From the NCBI RefSeq assembly GCF_963921235.1, contig NC_086097.1:220598001-220662000 (forward strand): DNA of 64,000 nt, written 5' to 3'. Positions 36,655 through 49,907 of the stretch are shown here, piece after piece. Source of the stretch: Mobula hypostoma. Its lineage: Eukaryota. The translations under genes and the position numbers were made by a program. The notes beneath the pieces were generated by a model. It was not told the origin of the DNA. It did no database searches and worked only from the letters and a program-made list of their open reading frames with translations. How positions within the stretch are numbered: the stretch's first letter is position 1; every line of letters begins with the position of its first letter.

Positions 36655-38468
36655 TCTTTTTATTTATTGAGATACAGGTGTCCCCCGCTTTTCGAACGTT
36701 CACTTTACGAAACCTCACTGCTAGGAAAGTCCTACATTAGTCACCTGTTTTCACTAACAGAAGGTGTTTTCACTGTTACAACAAAAGGCAGAGCGCACCC
36801 AGAGCAGCCAAGCTCCTCCCCCGGAACTGCATTCTAGCCGGCATTGCTTAAACACGTGCCTGTGAGCAGCCGATAGCAAGACGACTTCTAAGGTATCGGA
36901 AAAGCCTGAAAGAGCTCATAAGGGTGTTACGCTTAGCGTAAAACTAGATATAATTAGCATTTCGATTGTGGTGAACGAAGCAAGGACAAAGTGAGTTTGG
37001 CTTGCGGAAGTTGACAAAGATGATGTTGAAGAGGTTTTGGCATCCCATGACCAAGACCTGATAGATGAAGAGCTGATGCAATTGGAAGAGGAAAGGATAA
37101 CAATCAAAACTGAAATGCAGTAGCGAACGGACCGAAAGTGAAGTCGTCCAGGAACTGAACGTGAAGCAACTGCGTGAGATTTTCGTTGCAATGATTGCAG
37201 AAGAGTACGACTTTAATTTTGAAAGGGAACGTCAGTTTAGGGCATATTTGCAGGATGGTTTGAGTGCTTACAAAGAACTGTATGATAGAAAAATGCGCGA
37301 GGCTCTGCAGTCAAGCATATTGTCGTTTCTCAAGCCTTCCACATCAGCCACAGCAGACGATGAACCTCGACCTTCGACACTGAGGCAGGCAGACATAGAA
37401 GATGACGATCTGCCTGCCCTGATAGAAACAGACGACGATGAGATGACACCCCAGTGTCCCACCACCCCAACCCCGGGGCCACGGACAGATACATTGCCAC
37501 GGAGAATGCAGCAGTAGCCGGGACGCACCCAGCACATCTTTAAGAAAAAAGCTGAAATAAACAAGCTAATTAATTAGGTGCCGCCTGGCACATAAATGTC
37601 AGCCCAGATCAGAAGCGATTCGCTTGTTTATTTCAGCTTTTTTCTTAAAGATGTGCTGGGTGCGTCCCGGCCACCGCTGTACCGCTGCATGCTTTGCGGA
37701 TCGGTATCAGTTTGCTGCCTGGAGGGTGGGGACCACTGCACCACCCCAGCCTCCGACGACTCAGCCTAACACACGATCATCAGTGTGCTCGGCACTGTCT
37801 TCCCAATTCCAGTAAGTGATACTACACTGTACATACATTATTTCTACTTTATATAGGCTGTGTATTTTTATGCGTTATTTGGTATGATTTGGCAGCTTCA
37901 TAGCTTAAAGGTTACTGGAGAGAGTGTTTTTGCCGAGAGCGCTTGCGTGAGATTTTCGCTATGGAGAACAGAGTGGCAATGATTGTAGAGAAGTATTTCT
38001 ACTTTATATAGGCTGTGTATTTATCATATCGTTCCTGCTTTTACTACATGTTACTGTTAAGTTAGGTTTAATGTGTTATTTGGCATGATTTGGTAGGTTA
38101 TTTATGGGTCTGTGAACGCTCACAAATGTTTCCCATATAAATATATGGTAACTGCTTCTTTACTTTACGACATTCCGGCTTACGAACCGTTTCACAGGAA
38201 TGCTGTACCTTCGGACGGCAGGGGAAACCTGTGCAGCACGAAGTAGGCCCTTCTAGTCCTTCGAGCCATGCTGCCCAACAATCTGCCAATTTAATCCTCG
38301 TCTAATCACAGGACAATTTACAAGGACCAATTAACCTACCAGCGGTAGGTCTTTAGTTTGAGGGAGGAAACCCAACTGGTCACAGGAAAGCGTACAAGTT
38401 CCTGGGTGGCAGGAATTGAGCCTGGGCTGCCTGTACTGTGCTAACCACTACACTATCATGCTACCCCA
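36655..38468 (-). mobile_element. V-SINE (HE1-like) split by a Tigger element
   Basis: TTTATTTATTGAGATA tail left of the Tigger; body at 38232-38468 (GGACAATTTACA..ACCAATTAACCTACC, GGAGGAAACC, CTAACCACTACACTA). Confidence 0.7.
36675..38231 (+). mobile_element. Internally deleted Tigger (pogo) transposon
   Basis: TIR CAGGTGTCCCCCGC / GCAGGGGAAACCTG, TA on the left and TG on the right; remnants of a CENP-B-type N-terminus (KGVTLSVKLDII) fused to an acidic C-terminus (DDVEEVLASHDQDLIDEELMQLEEE). Confidence 0.85.
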
Positions 38469-40509
38469 AATTCCTCAATTCTCTCAGGCTAATCTTTGCA
38501 AATGTTCATCCCAGACTCAATACTAGTCTACTTGGGATGTCCTGCATGCATCCTCTTTCTTGGTTAGAAAAACTGATGCAAAATACTTACTGTCTGCTAT
38601 TTCTTGATTTTCATTGGCAATATTATCCTTTTGTTTTCAATCCACCTAGGCAAATGTGACCACTTTCTCCGGGTGCAATTTAAAGTATTGCGTTTGATAT
38701 CAATCACAAACTCCTTTCTCTATTCTGTTTTGCAGTTTAGCCTCATTGAAGTTGTTTTGCTTGTAATTTCCAGGATCTGTGCTAGTTTGTACATTTTTAC
38801 ATCCGTTCTCTCTCTTTTTGGTCAGTATTGGTCAATACTGACCAGCACTCCCAAGTGAAAGCTGGTTTGGTAACAAAATTATTTTTATTCTGAAAACATC
38901 TGTCACTACCATTAGCAGATCTGCCCAGTCTTAACTAGATCTAGAACCTGTCTCAGATTTCTCCCTTTCAAACATGGCATTGAACTGGAATATAGTGGTC
39001 TGATAGTAGGATATGTACCACCCAAATTATAACCCCTGCAATAAAAGTTACAGCTATTCTTCATCAGTTCAGTGTTGTGTCCTAATTTATTTAACTTCCA
39101 ATGACCTTAAGATTTTGATGCAAGGCCAAGAAAGTTGCAAGAGTAAATCTGAGATGCATTATCAAGTCATTTATGAAGTGTTAACTGTGAAAAAAATATC
39201 CAAAGAACTCCCAACGGTGAGTGATTCCACTAGGCATTTATGGTCTTCATAAATCTCCAAGTTTTCTTTTAAAGTATATGCCAAAAATCCAACGTGTATT
39301 TACTGCACAATCTATCCAAGTAACTGAAGCACACTATTGCCAAGAAACTGAATGTTTTTCTTAAAAATGCATGATCTGTGTAAAATTTATAATTCTGCAC
39401 AAAGTAAATCATGCTAGATATCATTTCTTGGTCAACTGGTGACCATTGGGGAATTAGCACAAGCACTTCTGGGCTCGATTCCACACTGCACAGCTGACGT
39501 TTGCCCAGAGTCAGTTGCATCATTGAATATGTTAATCAATGTGCTAGGCTGTGTTTGCAAATACCAACATAAGTGGGCCTTTGAAGGTGTGAGTTTCCCC
39601 ATTCACAGTAAAACAAGGAGCAAATCCTATTGCAATCAGCAAAAAATATTGCAAATTAAAGGAGACAATGATGTTTTGCCCATAGCCTCCGTCAAACCCA
39701 ATTTTCTGTACTCCACGTGTCCATAGCATCACAGGCAAAGATGACAATATGTATTCACTGTGCACTCCTGTACAAAATTCAGTGAGATTATTCAGGGACT
39801 AGTTGTCTTGCGAGCCACTGGTCCAGATCATTGTACAAGGGATGTCCAAGTCCACAGGGGAGTATTGTGTCACCTCCTAACTTCCAACCAATCCCACCTA
39901 TTTTCCCTTCACCTTCATAATACACTTTTTTTGTTGCTATACTGTGGCTGCAATGGAGATAGTCCTTCAAGAAGTGAATATGATACAGTAGCTGTGAGCT
40001 CTGTAGGCAGTTACTGTGCGCAAGATGGGCCCTCTGCATCCAGCTGCGGCTAATGCGAAAAGAGTGGGACCTCAAGCAGAGACTGTGAATAGCAGGCCCA
40101 TTGCAGCAAAACCCGGCCCATAAACCAGAATGGTACTCCTTTCTTTAATGTGTTCTCTCATCCGGCATGAGTAAATACAGGTATTCAGTTTCTTCAAAGC
40201 ACACACTTTACTGATGAATACTTGCTTTCTAAAGTTACGTCTCAGTAGAAATGCTTCCAAAGTATGCAAAGACGTATTAAAGAATCTACTAAACCTCTTC
40301 GCTAAATTGTATCCTTGAAATTTCAGCCCAATAGCTTCTGCAATACAGGTTCTGTTTTCTATTGGATCACAAAGACATCTGGAATATTGCTTTAAACTGT
40401 TCTTTTTGACAGCTACACTATTGTCTAGTATCTCTTTAAAAACTTCAGACACGTTAACTCAAGCTTTCTAGTACAATCAACTCCAGTGTCCCAAACAACA
40501 TCAACAGAA

Positions 40510-40885
40510 TCACTGAAATAGGTCCACAGTGGATGCCATCTCCCTGGCCCTATACTCATCTCTAAAGTATCTGGACAGTAACGACATCTACGCTAGACTA
40601 GTGTTAATGACTACAGCTCCACCTTGAATAGTATAACTGCAAACTCCTAGATGTGGGACTCAACACCTCCCTTTGCAACTGGCTCTGTGATTTCCTGATC
40701 AACAGACCACAATCATTAAGAATAAACAGCAACATCACCATGATTATCCTTGACAGTGTCTCAGAAGGTTATGTCCTTAGCCCCCTATCCCTGTGTACCC
40801 CTGAATATGTGGGCAGATTCTGCTCTATCTCCATCTACAAGTTCGCAGGTGACACCAATGTAATGGGCCAAGTCTCAAACAGCAC
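40510..40885 (+). mobile_element. Rex1/Babar RT fragment
   Basis: [20 protein letters not shown]...[15 protein letters not shown]. Confidence 0.8.
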
Positions 40886-41129
40886 CTTGTGGCACTTGTC
40901 TGAAACCAGTGTGAGAATGAAACAAGAGATGACATACCTGCCAAAGAACTAAGATTATTTCCATGTTCGAATAGCCGCCGACTTAACCTCAGCCTCAGAT
41001 CAACTGCTGACAAAATGGGTCATCTTCAGCTGATTAGTCAAACAGGCTCCCAGATGACCTCCCTCATTCTACATTCCATAAAAACGGGTGCCCTGCAAGT
41101 CTCCGCTGCTTTCGTCTGAACACACACCA

Positions 41130-41510
41130 AATCCCATCCAATCCCTATGCCTGATGATCTGCATTGGATTCCAGTTAAGCAATGCTTTAAATTTTAAATA
41201 CATTGACAGTTTTTAAAATTCCTCTTTGTGGCTTTAACTTTCTAATCTCCTCCAGCCCCATTACACTGAAAGAGCATGCTCCTCCATTTCTGGCCTCTTG
41301 AACTCCACTCCAACTACATTTAACTGTTAAGATCAAAGGCTTCAAGATTCTTTTCTCAGACTTTTCCATGACTTTATCTCTCATCTCATTTAAAACTTAC
41401 CCACTGACCATCATTTTGGCATTCTGCTTGTCAGATTTTGTTTGAGAGAGACCCTGGGATGCACCCAAAGATCCTGCTGTAATGAAGACACTTTAAAAAT
41501 GGAAGTTGCT
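41130..41510 (+). mobile_element. L2-clade 3' fragment
   Basis: DLHWIPVKQ.L.FKIL-like remnant and an L2-type end (AAGACACTTTAAAAATGGAAGTTG). Confidence 0.45.
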
Positions 41511-42864
41511 GCCATAACTTAAGGTAGGATAGAAGTTGCAGTGGAACAGACCGCTTTGCAATAGCCTATGTCAACTGCTGCTCGGTGGTAGCATCCTCAC
41601 TGATACAGCAAGGACAAGCCCCAGTTCAGAGATGCAAACAGGATTTCTGGGCTGACATGCCAAGGAACAAAAGACCATCAGAGATGCATTCTTTTGTGCA
41701 AAATGTTAAACTGACAACTCATCTAATTCCCTTGGAGGGGATGTAAAACAAAGGGAGCATGGTGCTACTTTGAAGGTTTCTAATATTCTCCTCAGCTTGC
41801 TCAACCAACTTCACGATAACCCCTTACCTTGTCAAAAGGATATGCTGATCTGATAATGCAGAAATTGGAAACAGTGACAATATCCTGTATCAGTGACTAT
41901 GCTTTGCCAGCTTTGATGAGGCTCAGTGTCCTTGCTCAGAAAGTCCCACTGCATGGTATCTGATTCTGGGTTCTCTTCAGGTTTAACATCATCTATTGTT
42001 CTCACTCAGGACCTACTTTCAGACCGTAACCCCTCCTCCCTTCACTTCATCCCAGACTCTACCCGTTCCCTTCACCCATCTGCAAACCAAACGCTTCCCA
42101 CATCTGCATCACCCTCTCCCCAAACAAAAAATACACAACCTCAACCCCTAATATTCCAAATTCCATAACTAATACCCTGGCGTCACCACTCTGCAGACAT
42201 TCATCACCCTCATTCCCTGCCCCCTTCCCCATCTGTTCCCATGACCTACCATAGCATATGCAGAAGAAAGGCATTTTTACATGTTAAGCATTTAAGGTCT
42301 GATCTTTTGCAGACAAAGTGCACGAGAATTTGCAGTGGCCCATTCTCGCAAAAACGTCAGCTGGGCTTGTCACATGTTTAACAGCCCATTTCAGGCAACA
42401 AATAAATCCAAGAATGATATGACCACAGCATTACTTTTAACATTAGTTAATGCTTTATATCTTTGGTATTTTTATGTTAGAAAATAATTTGAAACAATTC
42501 CATTGTCTATTGCTTTAGGTGATGAAACAGCATTTTAGATTAAAGACTTTAATTTCAAAGACTAATCTTCTGCTTGTAGGGAGTCTGAATCGAATCTTTG
42601 CAAATAGCTGTGTCCAAATTCACAGTAAAATGAATCAACCATTATTGAATGCATTATTGACTTTTTACACTAGTTTTGAATACAAAATTAAAATAATCAA
42701 AAGCAATGGCAAACTCTTGATTATATTCGTTGCCAACATTAATCGAACCAAAAGATGATTATGGGTTAACCTACTTCACATACAAAATAAAACCTATATA
42801 CTATATAAAAGGTCTCTTTTAGCATTGCATTAGGATTAAGCGAGTAAATATACACAAGAGAAAT

Positions 42865-43335
42865 AGACTGAGGCCATTTTACAGGTGTGGTCTTCTGCTG
42901 CTATAGTCCATCCACTTCAAGGTTCGATGCTCTTCTACACACCACTGTATAACATATGATTACTTGAGTTACTGTTGCCTTCCTACAAGCTTGAACCAGT
43001 CTAGCCATTGTCCTCTGACCTCTCTAATTATCAAGGCATTTTCGCCATAGAACTGTTGCTCACTGAACAATTTTCTTTCTTCACACCATTCTCTGTAAAC
43101 TCTAGAGACTGTTGTGCATGAAAATCCCAGGAGATCAGCAGTTTCTGAGATACTCAAACCACCCCATCTGGCATCAACAATCATTCCATGGTAAAAGTCA
43201 CTTAAAGCACAACAATAACAATCTTTCAACCATATGTGTATGATTTTATGCATCAAGTTGCAGCTAAATGATTAGCTAATTAGATATTTGCATTAACAAG
43301 GTGTACAAGCGTATCTAAAAGGGACTGTTGAGTGT
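42865..43335 (-). mobile_element. Tc1-like transposon remnant
   Basis: LSDFYHGMIVDARWGGLSISETADLLGFSCTTVSRVYREWCE (paired-like HTH); degenerate TIRs. Confidence 0.85.
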
Positions 43336-43477
43336 TCATGTCCACAAAAGACATTTGGAAGGAGTTGTCTGCTGGTGATGGAGTCACATGGAGAGGATTG
43401 GGATTGAAGCAAAGGACTGAGACTATCAGTGGGAATTGCTCTCAGGTAGGAAGGGCGTGGAGATGGCAGGAAGCAAT

Positions 43478-44015
43478 GGAGATTTAGAGTGTTGTGTGCA
43501 GTTTTGGTCACCTACCTACAGGAAAGATGTAAATAAGGTTGAAAGAGTACAGAAAAAATTTACAAAGATGTTGCCAGGACTGCAGGACATGAGTTATAAG
43601 GAAAGCTTGAACAAGATAGGACTTTATTCCTTGGAACGTAGAAGATTGAGAGGAGATTTGATAGAGGTATATTAAATTATGAGGGTATAGATAGGGTAAA
43701 TGCAAGCAGGCCTGTTCCACTAAGGATGGGCGGGACTATGAGAGGTCATGGGTTAAGGTTGAAGGTGAAAAGTTTAAGGGGAACATGAGGGGGAACTTCT
43801 TCAATCAGAGGGCTGCGAGTGTGGAATGAGCTGCCCACACAAGTAGTGTATGTGAGCTCAATTTCAATGTTTAAGAGAAGTTTGGATAGGTACAATGAAG
43901 GTGGGGGTATGGAGGGTTATGATATCAGTGCAGGCCAATGGGTGCAGGCAGTTTAAATGGATTGTCATGGAAGAGAGGGGCTGAAGGGCCCGTTTCTGTG
44001 CTGTTCTTTATGTCT
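43478..44015 (+). mobile_element. CR1 3' fragment
   Basis: LECCVQFWSPTYRKDVNKVERVQKKFTKMLPGL..LYSLERRRLRGDLIEVY. Confidence 0.9.
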
Positions 44016-44029
44016 CCAAGATGAAAGGT

Positions 44030-44860
44030 TGCTGCTTAAACTGGAAAAGATGGTAATAGATGGTTCAACTGGATTCAAGATATTTTATGTGATAGCACTC
44101 TATGACTAAGATAAAAGTTGGGTGGGAACAACATTCTCTAAGGAGCACGAGATAGAGAATGGGACTCCACACGGAACTGTGTATAGCCCACTCCTTTTTA
44201 ATATTATGATTCATGATATTTTCTTAAGTGTTGGCTCAGACATTTCCAAATGGTTATTTGCTGATGATGGTGCAGTGTGGAAAAGAAACAACCATATAAA
44301 TTACATAGTTAGGAAAATGCAGGCAGCTATTAATGAAGTACAGGAATGGGGATGTTGGTGGGGATTTAAGTTTTCTGTTGAAAGACTCAAGTTAGTGGTT
44401 TTTCTAACTGGAACATTACACCCACAATTGCTCTCCAGTTACATGGTAAATTTCCTAAACAAGAAAGAGTGGTAAAGTTTGTAGGTATGTGGATGAACAC
44501 AAGGCTAACATCAAACAGTAGCATATACTGTTTGAATGCAGTTCCTATGAAGCACAAAAGAAATATCCAACTGCTAAAATGAGACCTTTGGGACAGACAC
44601 AGTTTAACATGGAAAGTTTGGCAGGATATCACTGCCATCGTCATGTATAATAGTGTGTATTTGACTTTTTGTAAAGTATTAGACTTTTTGATATTATTTG
44701 TGGATTTCCCTTGGGAGGGAGCAAATTTAGTGGGATACGTCTCATCTCTTTGCTCCACATTCCAACTCAGTACGTGGAGGTAATGCACCTTATGTTGGTC
44801 TGCCAACCACTATTAAACTTTACAAGAAGAACATCTTCATGAAAAACATATTAGGTTCAA
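44030..44860 (+). mobile_element. I/Nimb-like LINE RT fragment
   Basis: ENGTPHGTVYSPLLFNIMIHD..LFADDGAVWKR..QEWG..WGFKFSVE. Confidence 0.7.
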
Positions 44861-45452
44861 CAAGTTCTTTTCAGAAATGGTGCATTTTCCCCCGGTAGCT
44901 GGCTCCTGTCACAGGCAGGTGAACATTACTCGATTTTCTATACAGCTGATGGTGATTTCATGCCCATTAGAATGTGGTTTGTAGCCTTCACCAAAAGAGT
45001 CAAGACTAAACTAAATCGGATTTTGTCTACCAACAGCCCTCTGTTAAGAGAACATACTATTTGTGTACTTATCTCATTTTGGCCTTTATTCAGTTGATAC
45101 TTCCTGCAAAATCTGAATAATTCAACAACCTTCTGAGAATACAAACCATGTTACTGATTTCTCAGTGTAAACATAAATAATTTCATATTGTAACTACTTA
45201 AGAAATATGTCATACTGTTGTGTTCACTTAGAATACATTACTGAAATAACAGAATGCTCAGTTCCAACCTCCTCGTTTGAGCCTCAGTTGTATACATTGG
45301 GCTCTCTTCCTGTAACTCCCAACTACTTTTGTGACAAACATGTTAAACTATAACAAGTTTTGCTTTTGAAACTTTGAGAGGAAAAACTTCACTTTGTCTT
45401 CTTTTGAAACATGTTTTTGATACTATACATAAAAGGGACTAATTCAAAGTTA

Positions 45453-46412
45453 AAACAACAGAAAATCTGCAGATGCTGGAAATCCAAGCTACACAACACA
45501 AAATGCTGGAGGAACTCAGCAGGCCAGGCAGCACCTATGGAAAACAATACAGTTGGTGTTTTGGGTGGAGACCCTTCAGCAGGACTGGAGGGAAAAAAAT
45601 GAGGAGTAGATTTAAAAGTGCGGGGGGGCGGGGGGAGAAGAGGGAGAAAAACAAAGTGATAGTTGAAACCAGGAGGGATGAAGTAAGAGTTGGGAAACTG
45701 GTGAAAGAAATACAGGGCTGGAGAAGGGAGATCGAACAGGAGAGGACAGAAGGCCATGGAAGAAAAAGTGGGAGGAGCACCAGAGGGAGGTGATGGGCAT
45801 GTAAGGAGACAAGGTGAGAGAGGGAAAAGGGAATGGAGAATGGTAAAGGGGGAAGACAATACTGGAAGCTTAAGAAATCGACGTTCATGCCATCAGGTTG
45901 GAGGCTACCCAGATGGGAACAACATCTTGTATTCCATCTGGGTAGCCTCCAACCTGATGGCATGAACATTGATTTCTCGAATTTCCGGTAATGACCCTCC
46001 CCCCCTCACCATTCCCCATCACCTTTTTCCTCTCAGTTTATCTGCTTGCCTGCCCATCACCTTCCTCCGGTGCTCCTCCCACCACCCCCCTTTCTTTCTT
46101 CCATGGCCATCTGTCCTCTCATGTTCGATTCCCCCTTCTCCAGCCCTGTTTCTCTCTCACCAATCAACGTCCCAGCTCTCAACTTCATCCACAACCCCCT
46201 GCCCTTCCTGGTTTCACCTATAACCTTGTGTTTCTCCCTCCCCCCACCTTAAATCTACTCCTCACTTCTTTTTCCTCCAGTCCTGCCAAAGGGTTTTGGC
46301 CTGATATGTTAACTATTATCTTTTCCATAGCTGCTGTCTGGCCTGCTGAGTTCTTCCAGCATTGTGTGTGTGTTGCTTGGATTCCCAGCATCTGTACATT
46401 TTGTCTTGTTTG
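45453..46412. mobile_element. Head-to-head PLE 3' halves (second subfamily), both with tails
   Basis: Minus arm to 45916, plus arm from 45917; LGSLQPDGMN remnants; variant hammerhead cores CTGCTGA and CTGCCAA. Confidence 0.88.
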
Positions 46413-46769
46413 TGGGGAAAAAAAAACTTCAGCTTCTTCATTCACAGCTCCATCCATATATTTCTAATAGTTCAGGCTTTAATTCCACTGGTGAGTAAAG
46501 AAAGGAATACTTCAAAAATAATAACTTACATTTAAAAAGTCATTCTTCTTACATATTAACTTGGTGACTTGCAAATGTCAAGGCTACTAAGTAAATACAG
46601 CTCGATGTTTAATCGGAAGGAAAGCAGGAAAATACAATGAAAGCAACATTTTTCAAGAATCACACTAGCAGAGCATGAAGTTGAAAATCTCACTGGAATG
46701 TTAATTTCTTGATTTGTTTTATATACTCAGCAAATCAACAGCTTTATAAGAGAGAAACCAGGTTTGACA

Positions 46770-47500
46770 AATCCAGATATTTTAATGGTCTAACCGGTAA
46801 AGTGGATAGTGCGATCGAGCAAATTTATATGTTCCAAAGTCATTTAATAAAAGTGCACACAGGAGATTGTTACACAAAACATGCTGACAAGAATGCTATT
46901 ATCTATTTGGAATAAAAGGCTGGTTAATGGACAGAAAGCACCAAGTAGGGTTAAATGGGTAATTACTATCGAGATGAAGCCACACTCAGGTTGGAGAAAC
47001 AACACTTATATTCCGTCTGGGTAGCCTCCAACCTGATGGCATGCACATTGACTTCTCTAACTTCCGTTAATGCCCCTCCTCCCCTTCTTACCCCATCCCT
47101 AATTTATTATTTATTTTGTTCCTCTCTCTTTCCCTCTCACAATAACTCCTTGCCTGTTCTCCATCTTCCTCTGGTGCTCCCCTCCCCCTTTCTTTCTTCC
47201 AAGGCCTTCCGTTCCATGATACTCCCCCTTCTCCAGCTCTGTATCCCTTTTGCCAATCCCAGCTCTTGGTTTCATCCCTCTCCCCACTGTCTTCTCCAAT
47301 CATTTCAGGTTTCCCCCTCCCCCTTTCAAATTTCTTACTATCTCTTTTTTCCATTAGTCCTGACGAAGGGTCTCGACCCAAAATGTCGACTGTACTTCTT
47401 CCTACTTCTTCTGCCTGACCTGCTGCATTCCACCAGCATTTTGTGTGTGCTGCTTAAAGGGGTCATTTTTTGGTTAGCAGATTGTAATTAATGGCGAGCT
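46770..47500 (+). mobile_element. Degenerate CR1 RT fragment interrupted by a PLE
   Basis: FQSHLIKVH, WIKGWLMDRKHQVGLNG, resuming after the PLE at 47454. Confidence 0.55.
46965..47453 (+). mobile_element. PLE 3' fragment, tail-less end, imperfect 14-bp TSD
   Basis: DEATLRLEKQHL, 3' UTR, hammerhead at 47355-47392 (GAAA>AAAA); TTAAATGGGTAATT 46951-46964 / TTAAAGGGGTCATT 47454-47467. Confidence 0.88.
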
Positions 47501-47989
47501 ATGTGGAGTTACATTCTCTGTTAGGAATATTGATTATTCATTATTTATGCATGATTAATGCAATTGTAAAATAATACATTCATTTTTCCTCCCCCCCCCC
47601 CACACCCCCCTCGTATAATCCCGTTTGCTAACAGGATAAAAATGGGATAGATTTGTTAAATATATCTTTTTCTTACAATGTCGCAGGAGGCTGCTCTGTC
47701 GATCAGATCCATACTGGCTCCCAAGGGAGCGATCCCATTTGTCTCATTGCACCTCTCCTTAGATCCTCACATACCAGTAACTTACTCTCTCTCGAATATT
47801 CCAATCAACTCCCACTAGATTCTTCACAATGTTACTCTACACCAAGGAGTAATTTAAAGTTGCCAACTAATCATTAGGATAGGAGAGGGATCTAGAACAC
47901 CCAGGAAACCTCTGCAGTTGCAGAAAAAATGGACAGCTCCAGAGGTCAGGCTTAAATCACTCCTCCACAGTTGAACAATGCCTTGTAAT

Positions 47990-48625
47990 CAGGACCTGGA
48001 GTGCATGGGTTTGGGGTGAGAAGGAAGGAATTTGAAGCTGGCATTTGGGACAGAGTCTTCACACAAGGGGTGACGTGTGTGCAGAATGAGCCACCAGGGA
48101 TGGGGTGGCTGAGGAAGGTACAGTAACTACATTTGAAGGCCACTTGGACAGGTGGATGGATGGAAAATGTTTGGAGGGATATGGGCAAGGTCAGGTGGAT
48201 GCAACTGGCTTGGACGCACACTTTGGTCGGCGTGGACGCGTGTGCCAAATGGCCCGTTTCAGTGCAGGCTGCTCTACGACTATGAAATGTCTGAAACTAC
48301 AGGGCTTTAGTTTAACGTGAGAGGGAGGAGGCTTAAAGGGGATTTGAGGGGCATTTTTTCCCTACACAGAGTAACTGATGTAAATGAAGGAAGTGATGGA
48401 GGTAGAAGAGCAACAAAAGGCTTCTGGACAGGGACTTGAATGAACTTTATTGCCTCAGACACCAGATTATATACAGAAAAGAGATTCATATAGTTTTAGA
48501 AATTATTCAAAGGGTTAGCTCAGAAAAGTGGTGCTAAGGTTAAAGGATCCGCCATGGTCTTATTGAAGTGGTAGTACAGGCATGAGGGGAAATTGCCTAT
48601 GCCAGCTCCTATTTTTTGTTCCTTA
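47990..48625 (+). mobile_element. Two tandem CR1 3' end fragments
   Basis: FTQGV..V.NE.P..VAEEGTVTTFEGHLDRWMD, then a second GDLRG.FF..R remnant with a CTCCTATTTTTTGTTCCTTA tail. Confidence 0.6.
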
Positions 48626-49907
48626 TAATCTTATATCTGGTTGAAAGGGCTGACCTTCAAGAGGAAATTGTTAATATGGATTCATATTTACTGATGTTCA
48701 ACTGAAGCAGATTTATCTTGTCAGTATGGATTCATATTTTCTGGTGTTCAGCTGAAGCGGAATTACCTTGAAAAGCCCACATTTCTCAGGGTGCAAACCC
48801 TGAGAAACATGAGCATCAATTACACTGGAAGGAACGATGGACATAGCCTTCGAGCAAAAGATCATAATCAGCAAAGGGGTAAAGAAAAAATTCTTCAGAG
48901 CCACGAATGCTTGAAGTCCCTCAGATGCCTGTGATGACTCAGTGGGTATACACTGAAACCTGAATTTGATAGATTATGCTGGAGAATGTTACAGGGGTTC
49001 ACTTGTGAACAAGATGAAGTAGGCTCACTGGGACACTGATGCTCTCTTTTACAAAAATAATGCAGAAGTAACAGCATTGTTCACTATTTCATAAGAAAAT
49101 CCACTCAAAAGAAAATAAAGTTTATGCACAAAATTTTTACTTGCACCTTTAAGCTAGGTTCAATACATCTCGTTCAACAAAAAATCTAAAAATTATAAAG
49201 GAAATCACATGACAAAATCCATGCTGTCACTGAGCATGAACAATGAGTTGGAAGGTCACAAAGTCCAGGACCAAAGTACTGAGCGTATGTTTACACTTCA
49301 ATCAACAACTAAGATTCTGACGTAGGTAAAAATTTGAACGGTGAAATAATACATCTAAACATTCAAAAGGTTTTGCACAAGTTTATGAAAAATATGACTC
49401 ATGTTGATGACAAGAAACAGAATAAATAGAACAGCAAAAGAAGGTTATTAAGAAAATTAATGGTATATTTCTGGCTTGGTAAGAATCCAGCATGACCTAA
49501 CAAACTAGGACATCACTTCACACAAATAATTTTGATGAGGCATTGAGAGAATTTTCTGACAAGGAAGAAATGGAAATGAGGAAAGTGCATAGGAGATCTA
49601 CGTATGTGGGCAAGATGTCCACATCCTGTAAAATTACATTTGGGTTGCAAATGAGTGAGAAAGAGGGATAAATCTTGTAAAGGGACAAAAGAAAGTTGCA
49701 CTTTTCAAAGCAGGCATTTTACAAAAATGGTAATGATCAATTAGCATAATTCAATAGTTAGGCCACTGAAACATTTTTTCATCCCTGCATAGAGAGGAAA
49801 TGACTAAGAATGTATAAAATCGTTGACCCTTTATAATGTAATCGAATGGAACAAGGAATGATATGAAGGAAATTTAGTTAGCTTATTAAAATATTGAAGC
49901 CACATAA

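Noticed and set aside
40072..40452. 126-aa ORF in unique sequence
   Set aside because: Non-ATG start, no recognisable motif or splice support; compatible with chance
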